38,977 nt of DNA from Catajapyx aquilonaris (Eukaryota), in assembly GCA_000934665.2 (NCBI GenBank), contig KZ538948.1, positions 1-38,977 on the forward strand, written 5' to 3'. This document shows, one piece after another, positions 35,181 through 38,977 of this stretch. The position numbers were made by a program, and so were the translations under genes. The notes beneath the pieces are model-generated. The model ran no database searches. It saw only the letters and a list, made by a program, of their open reading frames with translations, and was not told where the DNA came from. Numbering within the stretch: the stretch's first letter is position 1; every line of letters starts with the position of its first letter.

Positions 35181-37231
35181 TATAGGTAGGAATAGATTAT
35201 TATTTTGTGCAATTTACTGTGACATTATTTTCTGCCTATAAAATGAGCAAGCTCACAAGCTACTAATGCTACATCCCGCCCCCCCCCCCCCAAAAAAAAA
35301 ATCTGTAGCAATTTGAACCTTTCCCACTTTACTTGAAGTGGCGGCTTCCACATTGGAAGATAAAATCCTGGAGTGATCGATGTTCGCCAAGTACGACAGA
35401 GAGATGATCTAGGGACAGACTTATCAAAAAGCTGGTAAGAAAAAGAATTATGGGTTCTGGTCGGGTGAGTATGAGTCCTCCCCACTTGAAGAAGCAAGAT
35501 GAGGAGCTGCGACGTGGACATATACGAGATCCGAAATGGAAGACAAAGATCGGTAGCCGAAAGGAACGTGACTGGAAGGCCAAGGGGTCACTTGCCTTGC
35601 TGCGGAGATCCTCAGCCGACATTTTGCATCAGAATACCGAAAACTTCTCGTCCGTTTACCTTGCTTGAAAAATATACCTTCCTCATATCCTTGTAAAAAC
35701 CCGTTACAAATCTGTTGCATGTGTACAGTGTGATCCGAAAGGTTACTGGCGATAGAAAATCATTGCATTTCCAATAATCCTGTAGGCATAACCTTGTTGC
35801 CATCATCCTGTTGCTATAAATTTGTTAAATGTCTCTAAAACTCGACATGCTGAACATCCCATATTATCATAACCACACCGCCATGTTATCTATTTTAAAG
35901 GCGATTTTTAAAACGTGCCTATAAAGTAGTGGCATAAACACCGGAACGAGAGTGACACTTCATCCATTAATCACGCCAAAGCTATTTTGCTTCCGGTATT
36001 CCCGCGATCGAACTCACGAACAAAAAAAAAGTGTTCTCTGCAAGCGTCAGGATGTGACATCCCAAAAAACAATCGAGTAGGTCATGCCCACACAGTTAGA
36101 ACCCGACTAGCCAGACCCATGTTGGAGAACCACCCTAGCCCTATATCTCCCTCCAGAATCGGGAATCGAATCCTAGCTAGCTACAACGGCCACAACGGTC
36201 TGACTCCAGCGAAATAGCTCCAAAATTGCCTGCATAAAAAATGACACTTAACTCCAATAACACTGGGTATTATTTTTAATAAGCGGGCGGAATTCCACAT
36301 CCCGTGGTGGGGGTGGAGAAACTCATTCATAATAAACGGCATCCATATATGCCTTACTCGGAGGAAATCTCTCGCATGCCTCGCCTTTACGACATCTCGC
36401 CAGGCGAGCATTGCAAATCTTTTACCACCGTCATCTTATCAATTAGTAACCCCCCCACTATTCCCTACTTCCAGCTCCTCCCTACCCTAGATTTTGACTC
36501 GCCTCTAACGTCACAAGCGCTACGCTTCCTACGTCACATCAAGACTCAAACTGACTCGCATTTATCTCATAACTGCCGCGAATGAGTTATACCTACTTTG
36601 GAATAGACGGATTCCTCCTGTTGAGCAAGGACACTTGAATGCAAATGCTGGCGTTGGGGTTTGCTCGAGCCCTTTTCCCTCGCTTGCATTGGCCGGAGAA
36701 TTGAATTTCCTGGGAAGTTAGTGGCAACCGGCTGAATATTGTACAGGCATGCATGGATAATTTGAGACAACAATTAGCCTCCCCCCCGCCTCCCCCACAG
36801 GATTTATGTGTATCAACAATTAGGATGACTAATTGAAGACTGCTGCACGGACTATTTCGTTCCGGTTCTAGTCTGTTAATTGTCGAGTTATGCGTCTTTA
36901 GTAACATGAATCTTGCTCAGAAATGCGGGCTATGTGTGTACTAGAGAGGAGTATGGGTGATGATATCTTGTGACTCAAAAGGCTGCTTTGAATGGGATGG
37001 CTTGTTGAAAATTACTTAACGCCGTTCAAACCAAGCACTGAAGTTATCCTACTTAGAGTGTACTGTACATGCGCACCTAGCATATCCACCTATGATATGG
37101 ATGTGAAGAAACTTCCGATAAGGGCGGATTTGCATGGCAGCAAAATATTATCCTGACACTAAAAGCAACCCAGATTGCTTCTTAATCTTGCGGGCGGTAT
37201 GAAATTCAGGGGCAAAATCACGCGCAGAGCC

Positions 37232-37378
37232 GTATCATCAGTTGAAAAAGAACTGTCCCAGTCATCCTGACGTGTGGGCTGGCCGCTCGACACACACCAT
37301 GTAAGTTACATGGTGTGTGTCGAGCGGGCAGCACACACATCAGGATGACTGGGACAATTCTTTTTCAACTGATGATAC
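37232..37378. mobile_element. Spacerless palindromic MITE, copy 2
   Basis: GTATCATCAGTTGAAAAAGAA...TTCTTTTTCAACTGATGATAC perfect outer arms; core identical to 16208-16356. Confidence 0.88.
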
Positions 37379-38760
37379 ATTATGCGTCAGAGCTTACATA
37401 TCAGAAATGAATAATTCCATTGGATACTATCATTTTTGCAGAAATGTATCATTATTTCACAAAGTTGTAAATATTTCATAGGCCTATGTCAAGTAATCGG
37501 ATATTGAAACACTGGCTATAAAGACACTATGAAGTCATGTTACAGTATATGCTTTTGCAGTTTCTCCTACAGTGTTCAAAGTGTTGAAATAATTTGACGA
37601 GTCTAATAAAGATCTATACTCTATCCGCGGCCAATCTCAGAACAGACCTACTTCGTCCTTTATGGTATAACTCTTCCCGTCCTCCATCTCCCCTTAATCA
37701 TGGTCCTTTGATTTGTGGACCTCCTCTATGGTTCTTCTCTTAACAACGTCATACTTGGTTGCGTTGTTATACACCCTTGATATCCAACTCAAAATAAAAA
37801 GTCCCCCAAATGAATGAAAATGAAAATGAAGTCATAATCATCAAGTCTTGGAAAAGGCAATTCAAAGTGTACGATGACTATCCGAATGAAGCGCCCTAGT
37901 TACTACATGGGCCAATCTTTTTACTCCTCGCTCGTAAGGGCTTTATCTGGCCATTACTACGAGTTAAATCGCTGACACTTGCATTACGGCTTGGGGAGGG
38001 ATTTCCTCGGTTAAGTCCTAGCTGTTATTAGACCTTCTTATATCCTGATTCGATTAGTGCTTACCATTTTATTTTTGCGGAACTGCGCCGCAATGCCGTC
38101 AGTTTCACTTTTTTACTACTTTTATCGCTCTTTTTAAAACTGCGTCTGCATTAGAGACATGTTATCGCGCAACACTAATCATATCAGCGTGGTAGGGTTC
38201 ATGCAAAACAACCAATTTATCATACATTATAATCTGCATCATAGTGATGAAGGTAATGTTTGAGAATTCGCAACCGCGTTGCTAATTTGACGTGATCAAA
38301 GTGTAAGGCCTATACTAATTGAATCAGCAAGGCAAAAAAGTGGCATCACATCTGACTTTCCAATTCGTTGGGTTTTTTTTATAACTCCCTCTCTCGATCT
38401 AGCTCAGCGCTGTGCATGTCATCCGGACATTACTGAAGCTTATGCTTGTGTCCAACGGAAAAAAAAAATGTCAGAATAGTGGAGGTGAAAATGTTCGAAG
38501 GTAAGTCCTACAGTCACGCAGAACAGAAGATACGCATACAATGCGGTGTCACTGTAATGCACCATACCAAAACTAATTACCTTCACTGCAGTGCTATGGA
38601 TTTGTACAGTGTAATACGTAAATATTTTGCTATGTGACCTGATGCATATATGCAGAAATGGTTATTTAGCAAACTGATTATGAATTAGTCCAACTGAACG
38701 TCTGTTTCAGAAAAGAAGTATTATGACACCACCAGTACTTGCCCAAGGTGAAGTATGGAA

Positions 38761-38949
38761 AACACATGATGATTGATATCATAACACTGATGATTTGTAT
38801 CATAACACTGATGGTTTGTATCATAACACTGATGGTTTGTATCATAACACTGATGGTTTGTATCATAACACTGATGATTGGTATCATAACACTGATGGTT
38901 TGTATCATAACACTGATGATTGGTATCATAACACTGAGGATTGTATCAT
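38761..38949. repeat. 21-bp minisatellite (~8-9 copies)
   Basis: Unit ATCATAACACTGATG(G/A)TT(T/G)GT repeated head to tail with no spacers. This explains the repetitive ORFs on both strands. Confidence 0.95.
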
Positions 38950-38977
38950 TTGGCTAAAAGCTATTTTGACAGATATT

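Noticed and set aside
35329..35806. Cluster of overlapping ORFs with donor-like sites (CTG|GTAAGA, CGG|GTGAGT)
   Set aside because: The most obvious plus-strand exon has stops in all three frames and no domain was recognised. A decayed coding or TE fragment cannot be excluded.
36140..36230. Second SINE (minus-strand GGATTCGATTCC, B-box-like)
   Set aside because: No convincing A box, tail or TSD.
38761..38949. CRISPR-like array
   Set aside because: Units are contiguous with no unique spacers, there are no cas genes, and the context is eukaryotic.

Overview
This window is non-coding eukaryotic DNA, most likely from an invertebrate (probably an arthropod, judging from the SINE central domain). 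It looks like a large intron or intergenic region. I found no recognisable protein-coding gene, rRNA, intact tRNA or CRISPR array. Most track ORFs are spurious, and several are mirror-image products of palindromes. The window is dominated by about 20 short non-autonomous DNA transposons (MITEs or foldbacks). Their termini and target-site duplications (TSDs) point to Tc1/mariner-pogo, PIF/Harbinger, piggyBac, hAT/P-like and possibly Kolobok. It also holds one young tRNA-derived SINE with a perfect 17-bp TSD, plus micro- and minisatellites. Highlights: (1) apparent transposon excision scars, with 32 TACAGTA/TACTGTA and 5 TAGGCCTA motifs counted by eye; one TAGGCCTA is visible as a GGCCTA insertion relative to a sister copy. 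(2) Two CAA...TTG MITE families whose insertions fit a 7-bp TSD plus an extra G at one end. (3) An 819-bp foldback with ~378-bp arms. (4) A candidate 86-aa small ORF with a presequence-like N-terminus and a C-terminal hydrophobic helix. All counts and alignments were done by eye.
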